Below, piece after piece: positions 1 through 8,962 of a stretch of DNA of 64,000 nucleotides. Both the position numbers and the translations under genes were made by a program. The notes beneath the pieces were generated by a model. It did no database searches and was not told where the DNA came from. It saw nothing but the letters and a program-made list of their open reading frames with translations. Source of the stretch: a virus (lineage: Duplodnaviria; Caudoviricetes); IMG/VR virus record IMGVR_UViG_3300025018_000093; one strand, 5' to 3'. The stretch's first letter is position 1; every line of letters begins with the position of its first letter.

Positions 1-4
1 GGTT

Positions 5-427
5 GTGAAGAACAACTACGATCTTGGGGTGTTCAATGGGGACATCGGCACTGTGGTGAAGATCGACCGTAGAGCTAAGATCGTAAAGGTCAAGATTCAT
101 GGGGTACCCCCGGTGTACGTTTCCTTCCCCCTCAGTGCCGTCTACAACCACCTTCGTCTGGCATATGCCTGCACCGTGCACAAGTATCAGGGTCTGGAAG
201 TGGACACTGTTGTGCTACCTGTCATCCCTAGTTTTAGACACCAGCTGCAGCGGAATCTCTACTACACAGCGATCACCCGAGCCCGCAAGAAAGTCATCCT
301 GGTGGGTTCTCGCTCTGCGTTGGAGGCTGCTGTCCACAATAACAAGGAAGACCAGAGAAACACGCTGTTTCTGGATCGTCTTCAACGTCTTTTCTCGGTG
401 CGGTCAGTTTCCTCGGAAACTGCGTAG
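5..427 (+). CDS. recD: RecD-like SF1B helicase, C-terminal fragment (gene starts before the window)
   Basis: VFNGDIG, LAYACTVHKYQGLE and LYYTAITRARKKVILVG match the RecD/RecD2 C-terminal helicase motifs. Confidence 0.85.
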   Translation: MKNNYDLGVFNGDIGTVVKIDRRAKIVKVKIHGVPPVYVSFPLSAVYNHLRLAYACTVHKYQGLEVDTVVLPVIPSFRHQLQRNLYYTAITRARKKVILVGSRSALEAAVHNNKEDQRNTLFLDRLQRLFSVRSVSSETA

Positions 428-450
428 TAGTCACGGGAAGGGGGTCCTTT

Positions 451-786
451 ATGTCTGATGCAGACACGAACAAATTGCGGGGTTACTTGCAGCAGCTACG
501 GAGCAAGGTATCCGTGCAGCATGTGACTTGCACTCGAAGAGTGGCCTCACAGAACAAAGCCATGGGGGATACCCTGCTCAGCTACGAGGTGGTGCTTGAG
601 GAGGGTGTCTCTTTGGACGAGGCGCGGGTGATTTCGCTCCTTCTCGGACTTGAGGTAGACTTGGCTGCACACAACAATGCCCTGGCTGGCGGTATCCTTT
701 CGCAAGAAAGGCGGGACGTAGCAATGTCTGCTTTGCGCAACAACTACAATGCCCTGCTGTCTCAAGTGCTCGAAAGGGAACGGTAA
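451..786 (+). CDS. hypothetical protein
   Basis: 111-aa ORF with purine-rich SD-like GGAAGGGGG, collinear with neighbours; no motif recognised. Confidence 0.6.
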   Translation: MSDADTNKLRGYLQQLRSKVSVQHVTCTRRVASQNKAMGDTLLSYEVVLEEGVSLDEARVISLLLGLEVDLAAHNNALAGGILSQERRDVAMSALRNNYNALLSQVLERER

Positions 787-795
787 GACGGAGGA

Positions 796-1824
796 GTGAT
801 GTCTGAGGACAAGACCAATATCCTTTGCTTGGAGGCAAAGGAAGGGGACTCTCTGGTTGACTTGGATGCTGTAGACTTTCTTCTCAATGCAATGGAGGGG
901 ATGAGCATTGAGTTGGATAGAGATCCCCTGGGCGGTGGCCCCACGCGCCTGCAGAGTAAACTGGCCACTGTGCGGAACATGCTCTCCAAGTTGCAGAGGT
1001 GGTACCACATCGTCAGTCGTGCGGACCACACCTTGGGGCGTTCCCTGTTGCTCATCAACACGGAGCTGGAACTTCGAGTGAAGGATCTACTCGCAAATGA
1101 TCCCGAGGTGAAAAAGCCTACTTCCCACAGAGATCGAGAAGCTGTGGCGCACTACAAGCTGCGGGCGCTGTTTCAAGAGAAGTATCGGCTGGAAGCCGCC
1201 GTGCACGATACGACATCCGTTCTCCGAGCGCTGTCGCAGAAGCGCACGGACCTGAAGGATATGATCTCTCGACTTAGAGATCAGGTGCGGCTTTGCCAGG
1301 ATGAGTTGACGCTGGGTCGCAAGTGGGGTTCCAAGGTACCGGAGTCCAAGCTGGTTATCACCCCAGAGCCTTTCCTTTCTCAGGCGGTTTCGGAAGATGC
1401 CGACGTCACCCTTGCAGAACTGCTGAGCGAGAGTGATCAGGATGCCTCTCTCTACGACTTTGAGGTTCCTACACGGGCTTCCTTGGAGGAGCGCCTTGTG
1501 AGTAAGGAGCCCCTCCCGGACAGTACCCCGGAGCCTTCCGAGGTGGCGGTCACACTGACAGAACTTCTCGGTGCTGAGTTTGATTCGGGGAACCCCTCCG
1601 AGAAGAGTCTAGTTGTGAAGGCGGAGCCACCCTCTGCTCCAGATCCTGCAGAGAAAACTGACAACCCTCTCGACCTCTCTGGCGTTCCGATGGATAATGC
1701 CCTTGAAGAGTTGAGCATGGATGTGCTAGACGAGCTGTTTCAAGAGTCTCAAGGAATTGCCCCCACCGTGGAGGCGGATGCTGAGGATATCGAAGATGGC
1801 CTTCCTGCTGATTTTTGGGAGTAG
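796..1824 (+). CDS. hypothetical protein with coiled coil and acidic C-terminal half
   Basis: SD GGAGGAG before the start; heptad-like region followed by a D/E/P-rich tail. Confidence 0.65.
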   Translation: MMSEDKTNILCLEAKEGDSLVDLDAVDFLLNAMEGMSIELDRDPLGGGPTRLQSKLATVRNMLSKLQRWYHIVSRADHTLGRSLLLINTELELRVKDLLANDPEVKKPTSHRDREAVAHYKLRALFQEKYRLEAAVHDTTSVLRALSQKRTDLKDMISRLRDQVRLCQDELTLGRKWGSKVPESKLVITPEPFLSQAVSEDADVTLAELLSESDQDASLYDFEVPTRASLEERLVSKEPLPDSTPEPSEVAVTLTELLGAEFDSGNPSEKSLVVKAEPPSAPDPAEKTDNPLDLSGVPMDNALEELSMDVLDELFQESQGIAPTVEADAEDIEDGLPADFWE

Positions 1825-1957
1825 GGAGGTTACTTTTCTCGACGATTGCGTATGGTCACTGGAAGCGGGGGCTTCCAGAGACTGGTCTTGACCGGACCCG
1901 ATTTCCGGGTCGTCCTAACCCTTCACATAAGTCCCTGCGAAAACAAGGAGATGTGCT

Positions 1958-2704
1958 ATGGCCGATTATGATCCGTTCCGAGAGTTTGAGGTTGGTGACA
2001 ATGACGAGGACCTCGCGAGAGATGACAAGGAGAAGTTCAGTCCTCAGAAGGATGAGACGTATCGCGTGAGCTTGGCGTGGTGGCAATCACAAAAGTCCCC
2101 GGATGGTCGCATTCTGTTCAAGATGGACAGTGCGAAGCCCCGGATGCTGCAAACCAAGATCCTGTACGGTGGAAAGGGCGTCGGGTACGCCATCTACAAG
2201 GGACCGGAGTATGCGCGGCTCTTGGGGCGGGAGCCGGAAGACCGCATCGCAACTGTCGTTGTCTCATGGCCGGTGTTCCGCAAGGGTGGCAATGCAGGAA
2301 AAACGGATCCCGACCTGTTCAAGGCGGGGCGTTACGAAGTGCTGCCCTGGATCTTCAGCAAGCACAAGTACCAGCAGGTACTTCGTGCACACAACACGAA
2401 GCCTCTGGGTCGGGGTGATCTTCGGATCACCTGCACCAATGCCCAGTACCAGCATCTGGAGATGGGGTCCTACGAGGATAACTATCTTCGAAAGATCATG
2501 GAAAGCAAGCCGGAACTCTTCGAGGAGATTCGCCTCCGTGTGGCGGAGGTAGCTGGGAAGCTGAAGAAGCACCTGGGTACCGACTACACCCTGGAAGAAC
2601 TTCGCGAGAAGGTGGGCCTGGAAGGCGGGCAGCCGGAGGTGGGTGAGATCGCGACCTCCGGAGAGGACTTCGATGATCTGATCGATGGTCTGACGGAATC
2701 CTGA
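1958..2704 (+). CDS. putative phage single-stranded DNA-binding protein
   Basis: SD AAGGAG; 248 aa; acidic hydrophobic tail EDFDDLIDGLTES; next to ruvC/recA. Function is inferred from context. Confidence 0.5.
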   Translation: MADYDPFREFEVGDNDEDLARDDKEKFSPQKDETYRVSLAWWQSQKSPDGRILFKMDSAKPRMLQTKILYGGKGVGYAIYKGPEYARLLGREPEDRIATVVVSWPVFRKGGNAGKTDPDLFKAGRYEVLPWIFSKHKYQQVLRAHNTKPLGRGDLRITCTNAQYQHLEMGSYEDNYLRKIMESKPELFEEIRLRVAEVAGKLKKHLGTDYTLEELREKVGLEGGQPEVGEIATSGEDFDDLIDGLTES

Positions 2705-2757
2705 TTCCGGGTTCGGCGGGGAGGGGCTACTGCCTCTCCCCGCGAGAGGGGGAGTCC

Positions 2758-3399
2758 ATGCTAGTGCTGGGACTTGATCCCAGCCTGACGAACTATGGCT
2801 GGGCCTTACACGAGACAACAGCTCAGGGACAGAACAGGTGTGTGTTACGAGGGCGTCACCAGACACCCTCTCGAATGCTGGAGATTCTTCGTTACATGGA
2901 CCACAGGGAATATGTAGCGTCGTTGATTCGAACTCACAAGCCAGATCGGGTTGCCATTGAGTATCCCGTCTTCAACGAGTTGTACAGCTCTGGCATGTAT
3001 GGGTTGTTTCTGTTTACCTTTGAGGCTCTGCTTAGCTCTCGCGCCGACGTCGTGTTTCTCTCGAACAGCTCGACCAAGGCGCTGGTGCGTCGACTTCTGG
3101 ACCGCCCCAAGGGGTGGGGACAAATCACCAAGCAAGACATGATCGAGGCTGCCAAGCGTGATGTCGGTCGAGGAAGATGGACATCGGACGAAGCGGATGC
3201 CTACTGGGTTGCTGTCTTGGGGGGACGGTTCTGGGAGTTCTTTGCAGGGTCTCTGACGGAAGAGGCCTTGAGCGAGTATGAGAAAACGCTGTTCACTGAG
3301 ATAAAACGCCCTACGCGGGGCAAGATGGCTGGGAGAACCGTGGAGAAGGGTCTGGTGTATCGGCAGGATGACAGGTTCTTTCTTCTCTCTCAGTTGTAG
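2758..3399 (+). CDS. ruvC: RuvC-like Holliday junction resolvase
   Basis: N-terminal VLGLDPSLTNYGWA, VAIEYP, and C-terminal DEADAY acidic motifs. Confidence 0.85.
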   Translation: MLVLGLDPSLTNYGWALHETTAQGQNRCVLRGRHQTPSRMLEILRYMDHREYVASLIRTHKPDRVAIEYPVFNELYSSGMYGLFLFTFEALLSSRADVVFLSNSSTKALVRRLLDRPKGWGQITKQDMIEAAKRDVGRGRWTSDEADAYWVAVLGGRFWEFFAGSLTEEALSEYEKTLFTEIKRPTRGKMAGRTVEKGLVYRQDDRFFLLSQL

Positions 3400-3407
3400 G
3401 ACCCAAT

Positions 3408-4688
3408 ATGGCAAAGAAAACCACAACCGAGAACACCAAGCCGGGGAGTGCCGCTGAGAGGACTCTGCGTGCTATCGCACAGGTGAGAGGTGATCTCGGA
3501 AAGCAACAGGTACAGCTCAGCCGGAAGCACTTGAAGGCTGTCTGGCCGTACATCTCCCCTGGTAACGTCAAGCTCGAATACATTCTGGGCGGAGCTTTCG
3601 ACGCCAAGGGTATGAACTCTTGCCCCGGGTATCCCCGAGGGCGTATCACGAACATCTACGGGAAGGAGCATTGCGGGAAAACGAGTCTATGCCTGCATGC
3701 TGCTGCGGAGACCTGCGCTCGTGGCGGGTGCGTGTGCTACATCGACTATGAGCATGTGCTGGATATCCGGTACGCCGCCAAGTTGGGTGTCCCTGTACAC
3801 GACCCCTCCAAGTTTCTCCTGTTTCAGCCAGAGACTCTGGAGCAGGGTATCGGGTTGGTCTGCATGGCCGCCACCAACAAGATGGATTTGGTTGTGCTCG
3901 ACTCTGTGGGAGCTGCCGTCCCGAAGTCCGCTTTCGAGGTTTCCATCGAGGAGATGGTCAAAGCAGAGAACAAGGCCCTGGGTCTTCAGGCTCGTGTCTG
4001 GTCGAGTGCGATTCCGATGATCCTGCACTACCTGAACTCGGGTGGCACCGCGATGTTGGCCGTTGCTCAGCAGCGTGACAACATTAGCGCGAAAGGAAGC
4101 ACGGTGGTCGGGGGTAATGCCTGGAAGTACTACTCGGCGGTTCGCATTGAGATGCGACAAATCAGCCAGATCAAGGGAAGTCGTTACAATCCGATGACGC
4201 ACAAGATGGATTCAGAGGCGATTCTCGGGTCCCTGGTATCCATCAAGGTTAAGAAGGCGAAGCTTTCGGGTACCTCCAACTATGAGGCCGTCATAGAGTG
4301 CCTCCCGGATGTAGGGTTTGATCCCTTCCGCGTCTGCGTAGACCTGGCCGTCGCGCATGGCATCGTCAAGAAGGCAGGGTCTTGGTACTCTTGGGAGCAT
4401 GCCAAGCATGGTGAGATCAAGCAACAGGGCCTACAGGGTTTCATCACGGCTCTGAGGGGTATCCCGGGGATACAGGAGGAGTTGGACACGGTCATTCGAC
4501 CCTTCCTGCGGTCCCGGGACGTGTCTCCCAGTAGCGAGGATGAGGAGCCGGACTATCACGATGAGGAGGGTGCCTTCGTGGAGGGTGCCCTGGGTGAAGA
4601 GGACTTGGATGAGGAGGAGGTTCTTTCCCGGATCGGTGACATCACGGAAGGGAAGTTCTCGATTCCCTCCGAGGATGAGGAGGATTGA
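3408..4688 (+). CDS. recA: RecA/UvsX recombinase with acidic tail
   Basis: ITNIYGKEHCGKT (Walker A), YIDYEH, QPETLEQG, VVLDSVGA (Walker B), GGNAWKYYSAVRIE. Confidence 0.95.
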   Translation: MAKKTTTENTKPGSAAERTLRAIAQVRGDLGKQQVQLSRKHLKAVWPYISPGNVKLEYILGGAFDAKGMNSCPGYPRGRITNIYGKEHCGKTSLCLHAAAETCARGGCVCYIDYEHVLDIRYAAKLGVPVHDPSKFLLFQPETLEQGIGLVCMAATNKMDLVVLDSVGAAVPKSAFEVSIEEMVKAENKALGLQARVWSSAIPMILHYLNSGGTAMLAVAQQRDNISAKGSTVVGGNAWKYYSAVRIEMRQISQIKGSRYNPMTHKMDSEAILGSLVSIKVKKAKLSGTSNYEAVIECLPDVGFDPFRVCVDLAVAHGIVKKAGSWYSWEHAKHGEIKQQGLQGFITALRGIPGIQEELDTVIRPFLRSRDVSPSSEDEEPDYHDEEGAFVEGALGEEDLDEEEVLSRIGDITEGKFSIPSEDEED

Positions 4689-4691
4689 TCA

Positions 4692-5810
4692 ATGCCCTTC
4701 ACGGTACGAGTGCAGAACTTCCAAAGTATCGCGGATGCGACTCTTGTGGTGGACAGATTCACCACAATCACTGGGCCTAACAACACAGGAAAGTCCGCGT
4801 TTCTCCGTGCCGTGCAGGGCCTCTTTCGAAACTCCAAGGGGACGGATTTCGTGCGCCGTGGTGCAACGCACTGCAGCGTACAGATCACTTTCGATGATGG
4901 TGTCTCCGTCACCTGGGAGAAGGGAAAGAACGTCAATCGCTACCGCATCAACAGCGAGGATTGGCTGGAGAAGGTGTCGCATGGAGTCCCTGAGTCCGTC
5001 GTAGACGTACTCAAGGTTCGTGCCGTGAACATTGCAAACACCTCCTGGTGGCCCCAGGTGGGAGAGCAGTTCAACGGGCAGGTGTTCCTTTTGGACAAGC
5101 CTGGGTCGGTGCTAGCAGAGGCCATCTCTGATGTGGAGCGTGTCGGGAAGCTGAACAAGGCACTCCAGGTGGCAGAGTCAGACCGGAGGAAAGCCCGGTC
5201 TGTACTGAAAGTTCGCCGTTCGGATGAGGAGAAGACCCAGGACAAGCTGGTGCTATTCCACGGTCTGGATGACGTCGGAAAACGCATTGAGGGTTTGGAG
5301 GAGCTGCAGGAACAAGCTGTGAAGGTGCGGGGGGCTCTCCTAGAGCTGCTGCGCTTGAAAGAGGCTCTTCACCGAGAGGGCGCCGTGATTGCGAAGCTTT
5401 CTGGGGTGGACAAGGTTAGTCTACCCGAGAAGGAATCCTTCTCTGAAGTGCTGGAAGACATTCGCATGCACCAGTTTCTTCAGAAGGCTAAGGGGGACCT
5501 GGGTAGTGCAAATCGAGAGGTGCAGGTACTCCAGAAGGCCTGTGAAGCCTTTGCAGCGGTAGACTTCGCGGAGGAGTTGGAGGTGCAGACAGAGAAGGCT
5601 CTTCAGAGTGTCTCTGCTCTTCGACAGTTTCGCTGCAATCTTCAGGAGGCCCAGCGGGATGTGCAGAACCTCTCCGAGGAAGTTCGACAAGCAACCGTAG
5701 ACTTTGTGTGTTCTCAGGAGGAACTCCACGGGGTTCTCCTGGAATTGCCGGAATGCCCCGTGTGCGGTGCTGACATTCAAGACCGGGAGGGACTCCAACA
5801 TGTCCACTGA
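4692..5810 (+). CDS. sbcC: SbcC/Rad50-like ABC ATPase, N-terminal half ending at the zinc hook
   Basis: VQNFQSI, Walker A GPNNTGKS, Q-loop region, long coiled coil, terminal CPVCG; no signature or Walker B motif in this ORF. Confidence 0.85.
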   Translation: MPFTVRVQNFQSIADATLVVDRFTTITGPNNTGKSAFLRAVQGLFRNSKGTDFVRRGATHCSVQITFDDGVSVTWEKGKNVNRYRINSEDWLEKVSHGVPESVVDVLKVRAVNIANTSWWPQVGEQFNGQVFLLDKPGSVLAEAISDVERVGKLNKALQVAESDRRKARSVLKVRRSDEEKTQDKLVLFHGLDDVGKRIEGLEELQEQAVKVRGALLELLRLKEALHREGAVIAKLSGVDKVSLPEKESFSEVLEDIRMHQFLQKAKGDLGSANREVQVLQKACEAFAAVDFAEELEVQTEKALQSVSALRQFRCNLQEAQRDVQNLSEEVRQATVDFVCSQEELHGVLLELPECPVCGADIQDREGLQHVH

Positions 5811-7914
5811 AGGCCCCTTGTTGAAGGATTGCCCTGTTCGTCTTGTCTGGCGAACGGATGTTCACATGGCGGACGTATCCCCAGTGTCCCGAACGGATGA
5901 TTGGGTGGAGACCGTTGCAGACAAGCTCCGACAGGTTGGGAAGATCGCCTGGGAGACCAAGGCGCAGGCTGTTTTGGATGGGGGTGACTTCTTCCATATC
6001 AAGTCTCCGGCCCGAACCTCTCATAGGACCCTTCGCCGTACTGTGGAGGTACACAGGGAAAGCTACCCTTGTCCGGTGTACGCCAACTTTGGAAACCATG
6101 ACAGCGTCTACAGTGACCTGCGCTGGCTGCACCAGCAGCCCCTGGGAGTCTTGTTTGAGACAGGGGTGTTCCTGCCGTTGTATGACGAGCATGAGGCTCT
6201 CTTCGAGAAGGATGGTGTCCGCGTCCGTGTCGTGGGGGTTCCTTACCACGGGACCAGTTACGACCTTTCTCGGTTGAAGATCGCCAAGGGTGAGGAAGAC
6301 TACCTCGTTGTCGTTGCGCATCTCCTTGCTTCCGACACGGACAAGGACAGCTTCTATGATAGCGAAGACGTGGTGCGCTACAGTGATCTACGAGACCTCG
6401 ATGCGGACGTGTTTTGCTTTCTCCCAGGAACTCAGGTTCTGGATTGGAACGGGAGGCAGGTACCTATTGAAGAGGTGGGTAGGTCTGTGGCACTGTCAGG
6501 GCGAGCAACCCCTGTGATCGTAGAGCAAGTGCACCCTCCCAGAGAGTACCATGGGGAGGTAGTCTCCCTTGATGTAGAGGGTGTTCCTTCCACTCTGCTT
6601 CCGGGGGCTACCTTGGAACACCCCTTCTGGGTAGCAAAGGGTGTGCTTTCATATCCTTGCAGTTCCTGTGATACCCCTCCAGAGGTTTCTCCCGAGTGGG
6701 TCGCTGCGGAGGCTATTGATGTAGGAGACTTTGTTTCTATCCCGGTGCCGCAGATCCCTTCAAAAGCAGTCTCCTCTCCGGGATTAGCGCGTCTTCTGGG
6801 TTATTACCTTGCAGAGGGGCATCTCATCGAGAATCGGGGAAAGGATCCCGTGGCCGGGGTAGGGTTCTCTTTCCACTCCGGGGAGACTTCTTTGCACCAA
6901 CACGTTGCGGAGCTGGTGCGAGAACATTTTGATCGAGAAGTACACTCTCACCCCGCAGGACCTAATTGTGTACAGCTTTGCACATACGGTCCCGAGATTG
7001 CTTCCTTCTGCGGAGAGAATGGGGGGCGCTACTCCACAAAGAAGGAGGTGTCCCCTTGGGTGTGGCGGTTGGATGCCAGGAGCCGACTGGAGCTTTTGGT
7101 TGGATGGTTGCTTGGGGATGGGCATGCTCGGAACCCAGAGCGCTACGACCGAACTAAGGTCGAAGTTATGGGAGCGACCTCCTCTCCTAACCTAGCATCA
7201 CAGATGTTTCTCCTCTCTTTGTCTCTGGGCTTGCGGGCGACATATTTCATACGTCCAGGTGGAAAGAGCACATTTCCTGGTGGGATTGTCTCTGATGCAG
7301 AGCCTTCTCATATCATCTCCTTCTACGGGGATGATGCTGAGATGTTGGGCGCTCTGATGGGTGTTTCCTTTCCTGAAAGAGAGAAGACTAGAGTGTCTGG
7401 GTTTTTCCAGGGGGGTTTGTATTGGGCTAGAGTGCGAGGTGTTTCCAGGAAGTCCTACCAGGGGCTCGTTTACAACATGCGAACATCCACTCAGGAGTAT
7501 GTTGCTGGACTTCTCTTGACGCACAATTGCTTCGGTCACTGGCACAAAGACCAGGGGATCACGGAGATTACTCCTGGAAAATGGGTAGTAAACATTGGAA
7601 GCCTCACCCGGGGGTCTCTTTCGCAGGACAACCTTGAACGTGCTCCAGCATGTGCGGTTCTCGCTTTCGGTGCCTCCGGGATTCGCATTGAGAGGAGGAA
7701 CTTGCGAGTCGCTCCTGCGGGGGATGTATTTGATACGCGGGGGAGGGCGCAGAGCGAAGTGCAGTCGATGGTCATTGACGATTTTGCTCGAAAGCTCCGA
7801 GAAGTCCTAAACACAACAGAGGAGCGCAAGTCACTGGTGGACTCTCTTCGTGAGATGGAAGGTGTCCCAGAGGCTGTGCGAGAGCGTGCACTGCTCATCT
7901 TGGAGCAGGTGTAG
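5800..7914 (+). CDS. sbcD: SbcD/Mre11-like metallophosphoesterase interrupted by an intein
   Basis: ATG 5800 after SD GGGAGG; motifs TDVH, GGDFFH, GNHD, VAH, and FGHWH after splicing. Confidence 0.88.
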   Translation: MSTEGPLLKDCPVRLVWRTDVHMADVSPVSRTDDWVETVADKLRQVGKIAWETKAQAVLDGGDFFHIKSPARTSHRTLRRTVEVHRESYPCPVYANFGNHDSVYSDLRWLHQQPLGVLFETGVFLPLYDEHEALFEKDGVRVRVVGVPYHGTSYDLSRLKIAKGEEDYLVVVAHLLASDTDKDSFYDSEDVVRYSDLRDLDADVFCFLPGTQVLDWNGRQVPIEEVGRSVALSGRATPVIVEQVHPPREYHGEVVSLDVEGVPSTLLPGATLEHPFWVAKGVLSYPCSSCDTPPEVSPEWVAAEAIDVGDFVSIPVPQIPSKAVSSPGLARLLGYYLAEGHLIENRGKDPVAGVGFSFHSGETSLHQHVAELVREHFDREVHSHPAGPNCVQLCTYGPEIASFCGENGGRYSTKKEVSPWVWRLDARSRLELLVGWLLGDGHARNPERYDRTKVEVMGATSSPNLASQMFLLSLSLGLRATYFIRPGGKSTFPGGIVSDAEPSHIISFYGDDAEMLGALMGVSFPEREKTRVSGFFQGGLYWARVRGVSRKSYQGLVYNMRTSTQEYVAGLLLTHNCFGHWHKDQGITEITPGKWVVNIGSLTRGSLSQDNLERAPACAVLAFGASGIRIERRNLRVAPAGDVFDTRGRAQSEVQSMVIDDFARKLREVLNTTEERKSLVDSLREMEGVPEAVRERALLILEQV
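6415..7527 (+). mobile_element. intein with LAGLIDADG homing endonuclease (371 aa) in SbcD
   Basis: Starts CFLPGT, contains LEHPF (block B), LLGYYLAEG and LVGWLLGDG, ends THN followed by +1 Cys. Confidence 0.92.
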
Positions 7915-7925
7915 AGGGGAGCAGT

Positions 7926-8900
7926 ATGTCGGATGTGAAACGCGAAAAGGCCCTGTACTGGTCCTCTTACGACTGCTACACGAACTGTGCTCAGCGCTTT
8001 CTATGGAAGTATGGAAACAAGGAGATTGACCTTGGTGCCGGACTTGGGAAGCCAAAACCAGGAGCAAAGCGGAGTTCGGAGCATCACCAGATCATGGGAA
8101 ACACGATCCAGTATGCTGTGGAACGACTCTACAACGACTATCTCTGGCAGCGCCTCATTGCAAAGGATCCTGCGGAGCGGTGGTCCGAGCGACGCTTGGC
8201 GGAGGCTTTGATTCATATCGTGACGACGGACTTGGAGAGGAGGTTAAGCAGTGCCTACATAGAGTGGGCGTGGGCTCCCTCTCACAGAGAGATGGCGCAA
8301 ACGTGCATCGCAGGTGTCATCGGATTTCTCAAGACCATGAAAGCTAACCATCTGGTGGGGAATCCGGCGAAGGCAGAGCACTTTTTACGGGGCTATCTCA
8401 ATGACGTGCCCGTGGCCGCTAGGGTGGACCTTATCCTGGAAAGGAGTCCTGAGTTGCCCCTCCCAGGTGTGACGATCCTGGATGGAAAGAATAGCCAGGA
8501 AAAAGGGGTGTACACAAGTCCAGACCAGCTTCGTTTCTACGCCCTCACCTATTTGTTGGTGCGTGGAAAGCTCCCGGACAGGGTTGGGTTTGTCTACTAC
8601 AGGTTCCCTTACGGCACCCCCACCGAGGAAGGTGGCACTGAGTCTGGGATTGATTGGGTTCCCTTGGATAAGGAGGATATCCGGGGTCTTGCTCATAAGA
8701 TCGTAGCTGTCCGAGAAAGTATCCGAGAGATGAAGTTCGATGCAGATCCTGTCCCATCGAAGTGCAAATGGTGTGTGTATGAGGACATCTGTGCTCCAAG
8801 GCAGGCACAGAAACAAGTGAATCGAGAGAAGCGTAAGAAGAAGGGGGAGGAGGAAGCTTTCTCTTTCAACGCCGATGAGTTGTTCACCGAGATCGACTAG
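7926..8900 (+). CDS. PD-(D/E)XK RecB/AddB-like exonuclease with probable Fe-S cluster
   Basis: WSSYDCYTNC, RVDLI...ILDGK, QLRFY, C-terminal CKWCVYEDIC (1+3 Cys layout). Confidence 0.8.
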   Translation: MSDVKREKALYWSSYDCYTNCAQRFLWKYGNKEIDLGAGLGKPKPGAKRSSEHHQIMGNTIQYAVERLYNDYLWQRLIAKDPAERWSERRLAEALIHIVTTDLERRLSSAYIEWAWAPSHREMAQTCIAGVIGFLKTMKANHLVGNPAKAEHFLRGYLNDVPVAARVDLILERSPELPLPGVTILDGKNSQEKGVYTSPDQLRFYALTYLLVRGKLPDRVGFVYYRFPYGTPTEEGGTESGIDWVPLDKEDIRGLAHKIVAVRESIREMKFDADPVPSKCKWCVYEDICAPRQAQKQVNREKRKKKGEEEAFSFNADELFTEID

Positions 8901-8925
8901 GAGCTTCGTTAAGTTGCCATAGTAG

Positions 8926-8962
8926 CTGACAAACTGTACCTGTTTACATAGATTGTGAACAG
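8926..8962 (+). promoter_or_regulatory. sigma70-like IS607 promoter overlapped by an inverted repeat
   Basis: CTGACA-N17-TAGATT (8926-8954); inverted repeat CTGTTTACA-tagat-TGTGAACAG (8940-8962) runs into SD AGGAGG. Confidence 0.55.

Noticed and set aside
7926-8900. Cas4 call for the Fe-S PD-(D/E)XK nuclease
   Set aside because: There is no cas1/cas2 or array; its position next to sbcCD and recA favours a RecB/AddB-like recombination nuclease
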